A stretch of DNA of 63,929 bases, filler included, from Nemertoderma westbladi (GCA_032718475.1; 5 parts of 5 records of this genome joined end to end with filler, not necessarily neighbours in it), one strand, 5' to 3'; shown: positions 1-11,379, counted from the first letter of the whole stretch. Made by a program: numbers and translations. Notes: generated by a model not told the origin, from the sequence alone.

Positions 1-2175
1 TGACAGTCCATAATAAAAACGTTTTATCCTTGTCGACGTAAACAGTTTCCTTCTTTCCTAGACTCATATAAGAGATATTGTCTCGTTCCAGGAAGTTTAA
101 GTTTATAACTTTATCAGTTTCAGAGAACGGGGTTGTTCGGCCATTTGGTTCAGTGGAATATTTTGATTTCGGTCTACAAAACAAACTCTTACGAGATTTG
201 GGGCTAAATCCATTCAGTATGTTTGTTAAATTTGCCTTCTTTTTTGGTATCGACTTAGGCAGTGCACGCTAAACTTTCGCATCATACTTCCCTAACGCTT
301 GTCGGGATTGAGGAGTGCTGGGTGTATTTATATTAATTATAATATTCGGTATAATATGTTGGGGAGAGGGCGAGTGATTTCTACCCAGGAGATATCGCGG
401 CCTCCGAAGCGAAGGTCTGTTCAATTATTCATATCCTATTCACTACTCATATATGTGTACCTCCTCTAGCCTTAGATCGTTTCCCATAGGCCCTAAAGTT
501 GCAGACTGGCTCATGATAACCATCAATAGAAACACTATCAAGTGGGGTATCTACTGTAAGGAAAAATTCTGAAAAAGTGAGAATATCGAATTTTTATTTA
601 ATATACCCAAAAAATCAGTGGTAGCGGAAAAGATTAGTATTAAGGCTCCTTCAATTTAAATGGAGTACAGAGAATGTGGGGTCTGGAAATGGATCACTAA
701 ATGAGTCATTAAATTTATTTTCATTATAATAGTCACCCAAAATTAGGATACTATTCAGATTATCATCAGTATTGATGGAGCCAAACACACCCTGTCGTGC
801 TCCCATCATCTCAATTGTACTATTCTTTTCAAAATAAAATATATCCGGATCTTCAGTGGGAACTGAGTTAAAGGGGAATAGGCCAGAGTAGCAAAAATTA
901 CAATAATTATATATGGTTTTATTTGGGGCATCAGTGAAGTCTGAAAGATTGAAAAGAGGTCTGCACATATTATATATATATATACGCGATATATTTAAAT
1001 ATAGGACATTGAATTTTACATGATTATGATAAACTCGTTGGGGTAGGGCATCAGGCATTAATAGGGGAGTAGGATATATTGTATTAGATACCATATATAT
1101 GAACCATATTTACTTCTTGCTGATTAGAGGAGCATAGTTAGAACCCGGTCGGAGCTCCTTCTAGAGATGCAGGGGCTGGCACCAAAGTGAAACTACCGGA
1201 GCGAAGTAGATGACCTGATGTGCTGATTAGGTTGGAACCACCACCACCCTCTGGGGAGGGTGGAGGCTGAGCCGAGCGCGAGGGAGGGGTGGATACAATT
1301 CTAGGACCGGGTAGGGCAGATATGCTGCTCACAAAACAGCGCCGGGCTGAATGGGATGAAGGTGCTGATATAGTGGGGGCTGCGGTTAGCCTGAGAAGAC
1401 CGGAGTTTGACGAACGCCATCCGAGACCTGAGTGAAAATGTTGCCATTCCGAGTGAAGAAGGAATGGATCTTGTTTTGGCAGTGAAGCGCTTGTAGAGAT
1501 CTAAGTAAATTAGCACGGAATCAGGTGTCCCGTAAGACCAATCAGTTTACAGGTCAAGTTTCCATCAACATTAAAAGTCATGAATTTGGTCTTCGTAGCA
1601 TTTATATGCAATCCAACCTCCTTCCTTAGCAGCCCTCTCCACTTTATTTTGTAGAAGCTGTGCATCTGCTAGCATATTAGAGAGCAGGGCGATGTCATCC
1701 GCAAAGTCGGTGTCTGTGACTGTAGTTGCCAGATATCTACTACTTCTGCGTTCTTGAAGTGTGAATCCCAGATCTTCACCCATTTTGCATTGCCGTCATC
1801 ATTGCGTAATACAGTACAATTACAAATAGTAAGGGTGCTAATGTGTCACCTTGCAGTACGCCAGCCAGGATTGAGAAAAACTCAGTTTCACCATCTGGTG
1901 AGAGTACCTGTGCTTCTGTGTCACAATATAACAATCCAATACCAGCAACAATTACTTCTGGTATTCCATAAGATCTTAGGATTTCAAGCATTTTACCTCT
2001 ATGGATGGAGTCAAATGCCTTCTTGAAGTCCACAAAAGTCATGACTGCGGGGAGATTCTTTGACTTAATTCCTTCAATCAGTCTCTGTAGTGCAAGTATC
2101 TGAGCTATTGTTGCTCTATTTGGTCGAAATCCGTTTCGGCTCTTACGCAGTAGTTTCTCTATATGAGGCCTAATC
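1..2175. repeat. Copy 1 of a near-identical direct duplication (copy 2 at 15827-18001)
   Basis: ORFs recur with a constant offset of 15826 (78/15904, 651/16477, 1571/17397). Only one substitution seen by eye (A1108 vs G16934). Confidence 0.97.
651..1520 (-). mobile_element. CR1/L2-group LINE fragment: ORF1 C-terminus plus ORF2 N-terminus up to the start of the AP endonuclease (duplicate at 16477-17346)
   Basis: CxxC..LFPFN..DPD..YYxE..FN..FSVLHLN leading into the APE start. An upstream frame reads FFTRNGNIF, resembling a LINE ORF1 C-terminus. Confidence 0.6.
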
Positions 2176-2690
2176 CTATATAGAATCATTTTATTGTATA
2201 TTTTGGCAGCTACCACAAGCAGACAGACCAGACAGATAGTTTGTTGGTATCTCTTGGGGAGAGGCTTTAGTTGACCTTTAGTCCAAATTGGTGGTGGCTT
2301 TTCTCCTTTTAACATCTGGTTGCAAACATTCAATAATGGTCTGTTTAGCACTCCTGTTTTCCATACCTCCGCTGGGATTTCATCTAATCCACTCGCTTTA
2401 TTATTGGACATGCTTTTAATGCTTCTTTGGAGTTTGGCAGGTGTGAAGTCCCCTGTTTCTATAGGTAGTGTCTTGTCATATAGTTTCCTTGTAGGGCGAA
2501 CCTCGATGTTTGGTGGCTGCCCAAGCAAGTTGCTGAAGTGATTTTTCCACTTCCCAAGACGTTCTTCGGGACAATCGGCTTTGAGGTGCCCCTTTGCACC
2601 ACTTTTCCAACCAGATACCTAAGTTACAGTTTGCCAGGTAAGTCTTGATTGTTGCTGTATGTGAGCAGTTGTAATTGCTTCAATTTTATT
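1548..2690 (-). mobile_element. RTE-clade LINE reverse transcriptase fragment, family A, degenerate (duplicate at ~17374-18001)
   Basis: KASGLDEIP, FVDFKKAFDSIHR, GVLQGDTLAPLLF, DFADDIALLS; frameshifted. Confidence 0.9.
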
Positions 2691-2780
2691 CTGTATTCTG
2701 CCCCCCCCCCCCCCCCCCCCCCCCAAGCAAAATCCTAGAACCGCCCCTGCCAATTCATATTCTTCCATTAAGTCTAAAAG

Positions 2781-3490
2781 TAAGTACCCATTTCTGTTGA
2801 GGTTGATGTACAAAATTATATTAGGTTAACTGGTGCTTTAACTATTTTTCCTGTATTTGGGTTTTGGGCCAAATAGAACCGGGCTACCCCATCACAATTA
2901 CCACAGGCAGCACGGAAGTGCAAAGGGGGGGGGGGGGTGGGGTGGGGTGGGGGCGAGATTACAGTACAAAGTTACAATTTATTTTAACTGAAGCCTCCGT
3001 TAAATTAACAGCGACTTTAACTAACAGAAGCCGTCTCAAAGCTCCGTTACACTAACGGAGGACTATCCGTTAAGGTATTTTACACCATGCGCCAGAATGT
3101 ACCTTTAAGGTTCCGTTAAGAAATGTTTTGTATTCTACTCTACATAACTACAGTAAATGCATTCTGGAAAACTATTTTTAATAGCTTTCATAGTATACAG
3201 AACTTAAATTCACATACAGTGTAATTCGTCTGCTCATTATCCAAGTTATATTTGTGTACTTAACTGTGTTTTGGGCACACCACCCCACCCCCCCCCCCCC
3301 CCCCAAAAAAAAAAAAAATTTTTTTAATAGCTAGTTTTTGTTACTTTTTCTTTTAAAAATGTTCTAGAACATATTTATTTTTTTTATTAATTTTGTTCTA
3401 GAACAAATAATTTTTGTTCTAGAACAAAATTAATTAATTAGGATTTTTTGTTGTTATCAAAGCTAGTTTTCCTTACTTTTTTTTCAATGT
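2781..3490. repeat. Flank plus left end of Harbinger-1, duplicated at ~14410-15390; this copy lacks ~280 bp including the left TIR
   Basis: Matches 14410-14620 and 14900-15390. The two blocks are joined here at ..TTAACTGAA/GCCTCC.. (GAA microhomology). Confidence 0.85.
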
Positions 3491-3863
3491 TCTAGAACAT
3501 ATCGCCTATTCATTTTTGTAAAAAGTAATGATCTAGAACAAATATTTTATGTACTAGAACATTTTTAAAAAATATGTTTTTTTTTTTTTTTTTTATTTGA
3601 TTAGTAAGTGTTAATAACAATTACTAACAAACTAACTACAAATTTTAGCTAGTGATTTATATAAATATGTCCTAATAATGTGGCGCGTTGCAGCCGATGT
3701 AGATTTAGATGTACAATCACGACTTTTCCATCATCAGTTAGATCCTTTTAGTGATCTTCGAGATGTCGAATTTTACGAACGATACAGGTTCACAAAAGAA
3801 GTTGCGGCAGATTTGTGCGACAGATTCCAGTGGACACTTGAAAGGACGACACAGAGGTCGGTG

Positions 3864-4102
3864 CTTTTGCAGCCGCATATCACATTTCAGTCATAAAATT
3901 TTAAAACATTTTTGAATTATATAATTATTTTATTCGTCGTCTCAGCTGTAACACATACAATATGTGTGGAAAAGTAAAATTAATTATAATTAATAAACAT
4001 AATCTTAATAGTTTTATTAAATCTTAATATTAAAATTTTATAAAATATATATTAAAATTTTGAAATGTGGGGGAAAGCTGCAAAACTACTGTAAATATAT
4101 AA
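3864..4102. mobile_element. MITE-like insertion (or intron) in the Harbinger transposase with a 9-bp flanking direct repeat
   Basis: Flanked by AGGTCGGTG (3855-3863) and AGGTCAGTG (4103-4111). Imperfect inverted repeats TTTTGCAGC..CACATTTCA / TGAAATGTG..GCTGCAAAA. Confidence 0.65.
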
Positions 4103-4354
4103 AGGTCAGTGAATATGTCTGTAGAAACGCAAATATGCACTGCTCTCCGATATTATGCACATGGTGGTTTCCTTCCTGTTATTAGTGTTATACATGGCAT
4201 TTTTCTGATCGCAGTGCCAGTCGTGCAATTCACACTGTATCATCGGCTACATGTGATAGGTACTCAGATTTCATAAAGTGGCCTACTTCTGTTGAAATGT
4301 CATACAATATGGAACAATATTTCGCATACTCATGTTTCCCCAAGATTGTAGGCG

Positions 4355-4624
4355 TCAATCATCTAATTGGCAATCTGTTAATGTCATTACAAACTCATTA
4401 CTCTTGTTATGTTTGAATGACCTTTAGTCAGTCAGCCGTTAATTTAACCTATATGGTGACTGGTTGATATACTTAGATAACTTATGCAATCAATTTGTAT
4501 TATTTCTGTCTAATTTAATTTATTATCATTTAAAACTACTGTTAATATATAATCTGAATTTAAGTAATATTATATTCTTTAATTATTTGGTTAATTCTTG
4601 TCTACATAAATATTGAACATTACA
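4355..4624 (+). repeat. 5' LTR (missing the first 28 bp)
   Basis: Identical by eye to 8875-9144; ends in TACA. Confidence 0.95.
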
Positions 4625-4627
4625 TAT

Positions 4628-4645
4628 TGGTGACCCAGACGAGAT
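4628..4645 (+). promoter_or_regulatory. Primer-binding site, tRNA-Trp type
   Basis: TGGTGACCCAGACGAGAT, 3 nt after the LTR; 16/18 match to the tRNA-Trp PBS TGGTGACCCCGACGTGAT. Confidence 0.88.
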
Positions 4646-4707
4646 CCTATTATCAGGCATATTCTATAATTGGGCGGATAATATTGGTAAGTATCATAGA
4701 CTCTCAA

Positions 4708-5703
4708 ATGGCTGACCTAAGCACTTTTAAGAAGTGTATTCTTGTTGCGGCCTTAAAGCTTCTCAAACAGCATGATCAAAATTTTGTAGTTCCAAGCTAT
4801 AAGTCCGAAGTTATTGATTACCTAAAAAAGGAAAATGAATCAGCAGTATTACTTGCTTTACAAGTTGTCGCTGATGACAATCCTTCAAATGAAACAGCAA
4901 ATGTAGAAAAAGAAAAACGCATCAAACTACCTGAGTTCTACCAAAAGGATCCAAGAATTTGGTTTACTCAAGTTGAACAACTACTGGTAATGCAATCACC
5001 ACGTAATAAGAAGCTGAGTCTACTAGCAGTGCTTCCAACAGACACTATATTAGAAAGTGGTGTGAATCTTGAAAATTCATATGAAGAAATTAAGGCAGAT
5101 GTTGTTAGACATCTGGCTGACAGTGATGACCGTAGGCTACACACATTACTTGGTGAGCAAAATCTTGGCGATCGCAAGCCATCAGCAGCCCTGCGTCACC
5201 TCCAACGTCTCGCACCAGGAAGTGAAAATGTTGTTAGGATACGTTTTTTGGAAATCTTTCCAGAACCAATTCGATTGGTTCTTGTGTCATTATCTGAACT
5301 TAGTGTAGACAAGTTAGCCACTATAGCAGACAAAATGATAGAGCAGTCAAGTATGAAATCAACCAGAAACACGTGCGCTATTACAGATAATTCGGAAATA
5401 GTACTGTTGCGAGAAACACAAAGCAAAATGGCAAATCAAATTGACCAACTTACTGCGGAAATAAGAGCAATGAGAGCAGAACCTAAATCAAATGAATGGC
5501 AAAGATCTCGCTCTCCAGAAAGGAGAAGCAGATCAAACCCTAGAGACCGTTCCAGATCAAAGTCATTTAATCCCAAAGGTCCACTATGTTTCTACCATTT
5601 CCGATTTGGACATCAAGCTCAGAAATGTCAAGCTCCATGTACATGGGTAAGTGGAAACAGGTATAAAGTTACGGCTCAGGGAAACGATACCACCTCAGCT
5701 TAA
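4708..5703 (+). CDS. gag: Gag polyprotein
   Basis: IKLPEF..DPRIWFTQVE, LGDRKPS, RSRS-rich segment, C-x2-H-x9-C-x3-C knuckle (CFYHFRFGHQAQKCQAPC). First ATG at 4708. Confidence 0.93.
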   Translation: MADLSTFKKCILVAALKLLKQHDQNFVVPSYKSEVIDYLKKENESAVLLALQVVADDNPSNETANVEKEKRIKLPEFYQKDPRIWFTQVEQLLVMQSPRNKKLSLLAVLPTDTILESGVNLENSYEEIKADVVRHLADSDDRRLHTLLGEQNLGDRKPSAALRHLQRLAPGSENVVRIRFLEIFPEPIRLVLVSLSELSVDKLATIADKMIEQSSMKSTRNTCAITDNSEIVLLRETQSKMANQIDQLTAEIRAMRAEPKSNEWQRSRSPERRSRSNPRDRSRSKSFNPKGPLCFYHFRFGHQAQKCQAPCTWVSGNRYKVTAQGNDTTSA

Positions 5704-5744
5704 ATGCGGATGCAGCTGAGGTGAATGCAATATACATTGCCGCA
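5679..5744 (+). promoter_or_regulatory. -1 ribosomal frameshift signal (slippery heptamer plus stem-loop/pseudoknot)
   Basis: G GGA AAC at 5679-5685, 5-nt spacer, 10-bp stem CACCTCAGCT/AGCTGAGGTG. Loop TGCGG can pair with CCGCA (5740-5744). pol is in the -1 frame and open from this point. Confidence 0.88.
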
Positions 5745-8700
5745 CCAGAGATTGGTACATTTTTAGTTGACACTGGAAGCGATTGGTCAGTTCTTCCAAT
5801 TACTTATAAAATAACTGCAAACGCCAGTTCACCAATCAAACTGATAGCGGCAAATGGAACTGACATCAGCACTCGAGGATTAGCTGATGTTACATTTACA
5901 ATTCCTTCCCTAAACAAAACATTCAAGTGGTCATTCATTTTAGGTGATGTATCACAACCAATATTGGGCATGGACTTTCTTAGGTCAAATGGTATTGGTA
6001 TAAACTGCAATAACAGTTCTTTATTCTTTACAAATTCAACTTCACAGAGTGATGGCAAACAATTTACAACAAACTACATAAACAAAACGTTCACTCTTAA
6101 TTACATAAAATCAGAAATTTTAACTAACCACAACAATGAACGACTGAAATGTTTGTTGTTGGAACATAAGGATTTATTCACTTCTGTAGATAACACTAGA
6201 CCTATTACCCATCCTGTTAAACATCACATTGTCACTAATGGACCGCCATGTTATTCGAAAGCACGGCCTTTGCAAGGGGCAAGGCTGGAAGCAGCAAAGA
6301 GAGAATTCGCTGAAATGGAACGGAAAGGCATTATAGTTCGTGGTGAATCACCATGGGCTACTCCCTTACATATAGTCACAAAGCCAGATAAATCTCTCAG
6401 ATGTTGTGGAGATTATCGTATGCTAAACAAACAGACACAGCCAGATCGTTACCCAATGCCTAAATCAGCGGATATTTTGAACGGATTTTATGGGTGCACG
6501 GTATTTTCAAAGATAGATTTAATTTCTGCATTTCATCAGGTACCAGTGGCAGAGCAGGACATTCTTAAGACAGCTATAATAACACCCTTTGGGCTCTTCC
6601 TTTATAAGCGCATGCCTTATGGTATGAAAAACGCAAGTCAAACGTTCCAGCGCCTGTTAGACATAATTATTGACTTTGATTTCGCAGTGGTATACATCGA
6701 CGATATCATAATTGGCAGTAAAGATATCGAAACCCATTTTCAACATCTACGTCTTGTATTGCAAAGATTAACTGAAAATGGTCTTAAAGTAAAAATTAGT
6801 AAATGCAAATTCTTCTGTGAGAACGTTGAATTCTTGGGCGTTTTGGTGTCTAAGAATGGTACACAACCTACCGAGAGCAAGATAGAGGCAATAAAAAACT
6901 TCCCGCGACCCACTACATTAAAAGGCTTGAAACGGTTCTTGGGAATGTCAGGATATTACCATCGTTTTATCCCACATTTTTCACATACAGCAGCTTTATT
7001 GACAGACATGACCCAACATTGCACATCAAAACATTCTCAATTGTCATGGTCAGAGGATGCAAATACTGCATTTTTAAAGCTAAAAACTGCGATAAGCAAT
7101 GCTGTAACTCTGGCTTTTCCAAAAGTAAACGCAACAATCGTTTTGACAACAGATGCATCTGATAAAGCAGTAGGAGCAGTTGTTACTCAAGTGATTGACA
7201 ATGACAGCAGTCCACTTGCTTTCTTCTCTCGTAAACTCACGGCTTTGGAAAGTAAAAAATCAACTTTTGACAGAGAACTCCTGGCCGTTTATCTTTCTCT
7301 AAAACATTTTCCTTGGCTACTTGGATTGGAATTTAAAATACAAACGGATCATAAACCCCTGGTCAATGCCATGGTGATGAAAACCCCTACACCGCAACAA
7401 ACTCGTTGGTTGTCGTTCATTTCAGAGCATAATTGCACTATACATTATATACGAGGATCAGAAAACTTGGTTGCGGATGCCTTTTCACGCCCAGAGGCTG
7501 AGGTTGAACACACTTCTGATGCAATAGAATACACCGAAACAAACAAACTCCATAATCTTAGCATCATCACTGATGCTGATGAATCGCTTGCTAAAGAACA
7601 AGCAAATGATCCTAGCCTTCAAGTCTTCTTCAAAAACACAAGTCTGCCCCTAAAAAAATTATCTATAGGTAAAAATATACTCTGGTGTGATGATTCTACT
7701 AATCAACTTCGTCCATACATACCAACACAACTACGTTATAGAACATTCAGACAACTTCACGATTTGTCTCACCCAGGACCAAAGGCATCAGTAAAGATGA
7801 TGAAGGAAAGATATATTTGGCCCGGCATTAACAAGGAAGTTACTAAATGGGCTAAAGAATGTTTGGATTGTCAATCCTCTAAAATAACTCTGCATACAAA
7901 ATCGCCGGTTCAAACTATTCCTACAACATCTCGATTTTACACACTGCATATAGACATAGTTGGTCCTCTTCCATCATCCCGTGGATATAAATATTTAGTA
8001 ACCATTGTTGATCGTTTTACTCATTGGATGGAAGTTATTCCAATTTGTAATATAACAACAGAAACTGTAGCCGGCGCATTAATTCGTGCATGGATCTCAC
8101 GCTTTGGAGTACCTCGAATCATCATAAGCGACAGAGGAGCACAATTCCAATCATCTCTTTGGAGTTGTTTAATGGAGAGACTAGGAATAGAAAGAAAACG
8201 AACAACGTCATACCACCCAGCCTGCAATGGGGCTGTTGAAAGATTTCATCGCCAACTAAAGAATGCATTACGTGCGGTTTGCACTAATTCCAACTGGTAT
8301 GACGCTTTGCCATTAGTATTGCTTGGACTCAGATCAACAATTGGTGAACATGGATACTCGCCATCACAACTTGTATATGGCTCAGAAATCTCCTTACCGT
8401 CTGAGTATTTCTTGAATATAGAACCACAACATGACCTACCCAATAGTTCCTTTGTTGACAAACTATTCAATAAGATGAAAAATTTCATTCCACCAGAACG
8501 ACTACACAATAAACCACATTATGTTCCCAAAGACCTGTCCGAAGCGTCTCATGTATGGCTTCGGCGGGAGATTCGGCAATCGTCACTCCAACGACCTTAC
8601 CAAGGTCCTTATAAGGTCATCAATCGCAATGATAAAACAGTTGTGATATTACAGAATGGAAATGAAATCCGTGTATCAGTTGATCGAATAAAGCCAGCCA

Positions 8701-8819
8701 TTAAGTTTGGAGATACAATGTGTATTCAAGAAGACATTCTCTCAACGAAAATCAAAAGAAGTAAACGTCGTCATGTCACATTTTTCCTTACTACAAAAAC
8801 TTATCATTATTCACAATGA
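5679..8819 (+). CDS. pol: Pol polyprotein (protease, RT, RNase H, integrase with GPY motif), expressed by -1 frameshift
   Basis: LVDTGS; RMPYGMKN..YIDD; TDASD; H..H..C..C zinc finger; HIDIVG..SDRG..VER; GPYKV. No internal stops. Confidence 0.97.
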   Translation, partial: GKRYHLSLNADAAEVNAIYIAAPEIGTFLVDTGSDWSVLPITYKITANASSPIKLIAANGTDISTRGLADVTFTIPSLNKTFKWSFILGDVSQPILGMDFLRSNGIGINCNNSSLFFTNSTSQSDGKQFTTNYINKTFTLNYIKSEILTNHNNERLKCLLLEHKDLFTSVDNTRPITHPVKHHIVTNGPPCYSKARPLQGARLEAAKREFAEMERKGIIVRGESPWATPLHIVTKPDKSLRCCGDYRMLNKQTQPDRYPMPKSADILNGFYGCTVFSKIDLISAFHQVPVAEQDILKTAIITPFGLFLYKRMPYGMKNASQTFQRLLDIIIDFDFAVVYIDDIIIGSKDIETHFQHLRLVLQRLTENGLKVKISKCKFFCENVEFLGVLVSKNGTQPTESKIEAIKNFPRPTTLKGLKRFLGMSGYYHRFIPHFSHTAALLTDMTQHCTSKHSQLSWSEDANTAFLKLKTAISNAVTLAFPKVNATIVLTTDASDKAVGAVVTQVIDNDSSPLAFFSRKLTALESKKSTFDRELLAVYLSLKHFPWLLGLEFKIQTDHKPLVNAMVMKTPTPQQTRWLSFISEHNCTIHYIRGSENLVADAFSRPEAEVEHTSDAIEYTETNKLHNLSIITDADESLAKEQANDPSLQVFFKNTSLPLKKLSIGKNILWCDDSTNQLRPYIPTQLRYRTFRQLHDLSHPGPKASVKMMKERYIWPGINKEVTKWAKECLDCQSSKITLHTKSPVQTIPTTSRFYTLHIDIVGPLPSSRGYKYLVTIVDRFTHWMEVIPICNITTETVAGALIRAWISRFGVPRIIISDRGAQFQSSLWSCLMERLGIERKRTTSYHPACNGAVERFHRQLKNALRAVCTNSNWYDALPLVLLGLRSTIGEHGYSPSQLVYGSEISLPSEYFLNIEPQHDLPNSSFVDKLFNKMKNFIPPERLHNKPHYVPKDLSEASHVWLRREIRQSSLQRPYQGPYKVINRNDKTVVILQNGNEIRVSVDRIKPAIKFGDTMCIQEDILSTKIKRSKRRHVTFFLTTKTYHYSQ

Positions 8820-8846
8820 ATGCTCCGCTTTTAAGGAAGGGTGTCA

Positions 8847-9144
8847 TGTAGAGCAAAACTTTAAACCATCTCAATCAATCATCTAATTGGCAATCTGTTA
8901 ATGTCATTACAAACTCATTACTCTTGTTATGTTTGAATGACCTTTAGTCAGTCAGCCGTTAATTTAACCTATATGGTGACTGGTTGATATACTTAGATAA
9001 CTTATGCAATCAATTTGTATTATTTCTGTCTAATTTAATTTATTATCATTTAAAACTACTGTTAATATATAATCTGAATTTAAGTAATATTATATTCTTT
9101 AATTATTTGGTTAATTCTTGTCTACATAAATATTGAACATTACA
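8847..9144 (+). repeat. 3' LTR (298 bp, TGTA...TACA)
   Basis: Preceded by the purine tract AAGGAAGGG; matches the 5' LTR. Confidence 0.95.
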
Positions 9145-9284
9145 GTCGATGGCTGTCATGTCAGTATAGCAAGTCCAGCGTCTCCATAGGCCTACATTGA
9201 ATCGGCATTCATAAATCGCAAGCAATTTCATTCAATTAACTGCCACTTTGTCTGCAACCTTAGCTTAGAGCTATTCGATGTAAG

Positions 9285-10678
9285 CTTAGTTTTTAGTTTA
9301 GTTTAGTTTAATTTCCATTATAAAATATTAATTATTGCATAAGTGCACATGCACAATACAATTAATAATAATTAATAATTAACACATTTTTGTTGAAAAT
9401 GGTAGGTTGCGGCAGATAGCTAAAGAAGCGTGTTTGCCGCGGACCTAGAGAGGGGGGGGGGGGGGGGTGGTGGGTGTAGGTGAGTGGACGAATGTCGGGG
9501 GGGGGGGGGGTAGAAGGTAGCAATGTAACGACATGCCAATTACTTTTATACTGTAGTTATAGAAATAACTGATCCATTGTGTTGGACAAAGGGAGGATGC
9601 AAACACTGGCTTTGGTTCTAAAAACAGTGATGATCGTGAGTGGCCCAGAACCCGAGTTTATTGTAAGCCAATCAGCTATCAGACCACAGTGCTACTAAGC
9701 GTTTTCAGTCTCTTTTGAGTAAGGATTTTTTAATTTTTGATGCAAATTGTTTTTTACAACTTTGAAATTTTACACCTAAATTGTTCCAATTAAGTGGGCC
9801 CTGGTATCGGATAGATTGCTTAGCGACCATTAGTCTAACACTTGGGATAAATAAATAATTGTTTGTGGCAGAACGGGTTGAGTATGTATATACATCTGAT
9901 GTTTTCTTGAAAAGGTCGTAAATTTCAGGGGAGTATATAATTATTATTATGAATGTCATACATAAATTTATTAATTTCAATTTTATATAATGAATTTACC
10001 GGAAGTATATTAAGGTTTCTATATAATGGGAGTAAGGATGTGAGGTAGTGACTATGAGTAATAATTCTTAGAAGTTTATTTATTTTAATACACAAAGGAT
10101 TTAAAACGGAATTAGATGTACTTCCCCAAATAATTATACCATACTGAATATATGGTTGTATTAAAGAGTAATACAACATTCTTAAAATATTCAGGGTAAA
10201 AATGAAACGTAATTTGAAAAAAATACCGCAGGTCCTACTAATTTTTTTAATAATGTAAGCAACATGGGATTTCCAATTTAACTTGTTATCGATTAGCAGC
10301 CCCAGATATTTCGTAGTATTAATTATGTTTAGCGCTGAATTTTTCAATTTGACTTTTGGAAGAGTATCAAAATTAATAATTTTGTTAGAGAATATAGTGT
10401 ATTGTGTTTTTTTAACGTTGGGTGAAAGTTTATTGTCCTGTAACCAATCAACTACTTTATTAAATTCTATGTTTGTATTAAAAATCAAATTATTTAGATT
10501 ATTATCAACTCTGAGAAGACTGGTGTCATCTGCAAATAAATTAGAGGAATTTGGTAGGTCATTTATGAAAATTATAAATAAAAGGGGACCTAGGATTGAC
10601 CATGGGATTGGACCCCGCAAGATAGCGGGAGGCTTAAAGATAAAATGTTATCGATCGACACCACTTGGGAAGCACTGA
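9285..10678 (-). mobile_element. 5'-truncated CR1/L2-group LINE inserted in the Harbinger transposase
   Basis: SILGPLLFIIFINDLP..LFADDT..KYLGLLID..LYYSLIQPYIQYGIIIWG; (TAAAC)n tail at ~9285-9311. Confidence 0.9.
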
Positions 10679-11379
10679 CATGGCCTGGATCTACACATGA
10701 TATGATGCCTTCATGCTACGTCAATCCCAGAGCTGGGATCGACAACTCGATTTTGGGGGTGGTTGGTTGTTAGGTGACTTAGCCTATCCCCATTCAAGTT
10801 GGCTTCTTACACCTTTCGACTATCCGAATGGCAGACCCGAAGAACGTTACAATTTGGCCTATAAACGGGCCAGGTCGTCTATCGAAAGGTGTAATGATGC
10901 ACTGAAAATGCGGTTTCATGTGCTAGAAAGAGGAATCAACTTTGCACCAGAGAGGGCATCAAAGATAGTAATGGCTTGCGCTTGTCTCCATAATTGGACC
11001 CAGAAACACAGCACTGAAGACCCAGAAGTTAGGACATCTGTCATTGAAGTTGAAAGCAATGATCAGATTTACCAACATGGTCCAGTTTTGGGTCAAGGTG
11101 TTCAAACTCGAAATAATTTAGTTGCCAATGTATTTGCACATTAATAATTCGCATATATATTTAATACTACATGAGTACCATTTATAATTTGTAAATAATA
11201 TGTATGATTATTTAAAGGTTCGAGGTGCCTACAGTAAGTTTATATACTGAATATACAGTATATAATGTGTTATTTACTATTAATTAAATGTTTAAATTAA
11301 ATGTTGTTTTGAAAAATTAATTATTGCCGTATGCTTTAAAGAGATTGAATTTTATTTACAGATGAATAGTCGACATCTA

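Larger units (their letters stand above)
4355..9144 (+). mobile_element. Ty3/Gypsy LTR retrotransposon, CsRn1-like lineage, near full length
   Basis: Two LTRs, tRNA-Trp PBS, CHCC Gag knuckle, PR-RT-RH-IN domain order, purine tract before the 3' LTR. Confidence 0.96.
3678..11144 (+). pseudogene. Harbinger (HARBI1-like DDE) transposase in four pieces: 3678-3856, 4105-4356, 9145-9283, 10679-11144
   Basis: FYERYRFTK; TALRYYA; FPKIVGV|VDGCHV; INRKQFHSIN; WPGSTHD; LLGDLAYP; YNLAYKRARSSIER. Contains frameshifts and a stop. Confidence 0.92.
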
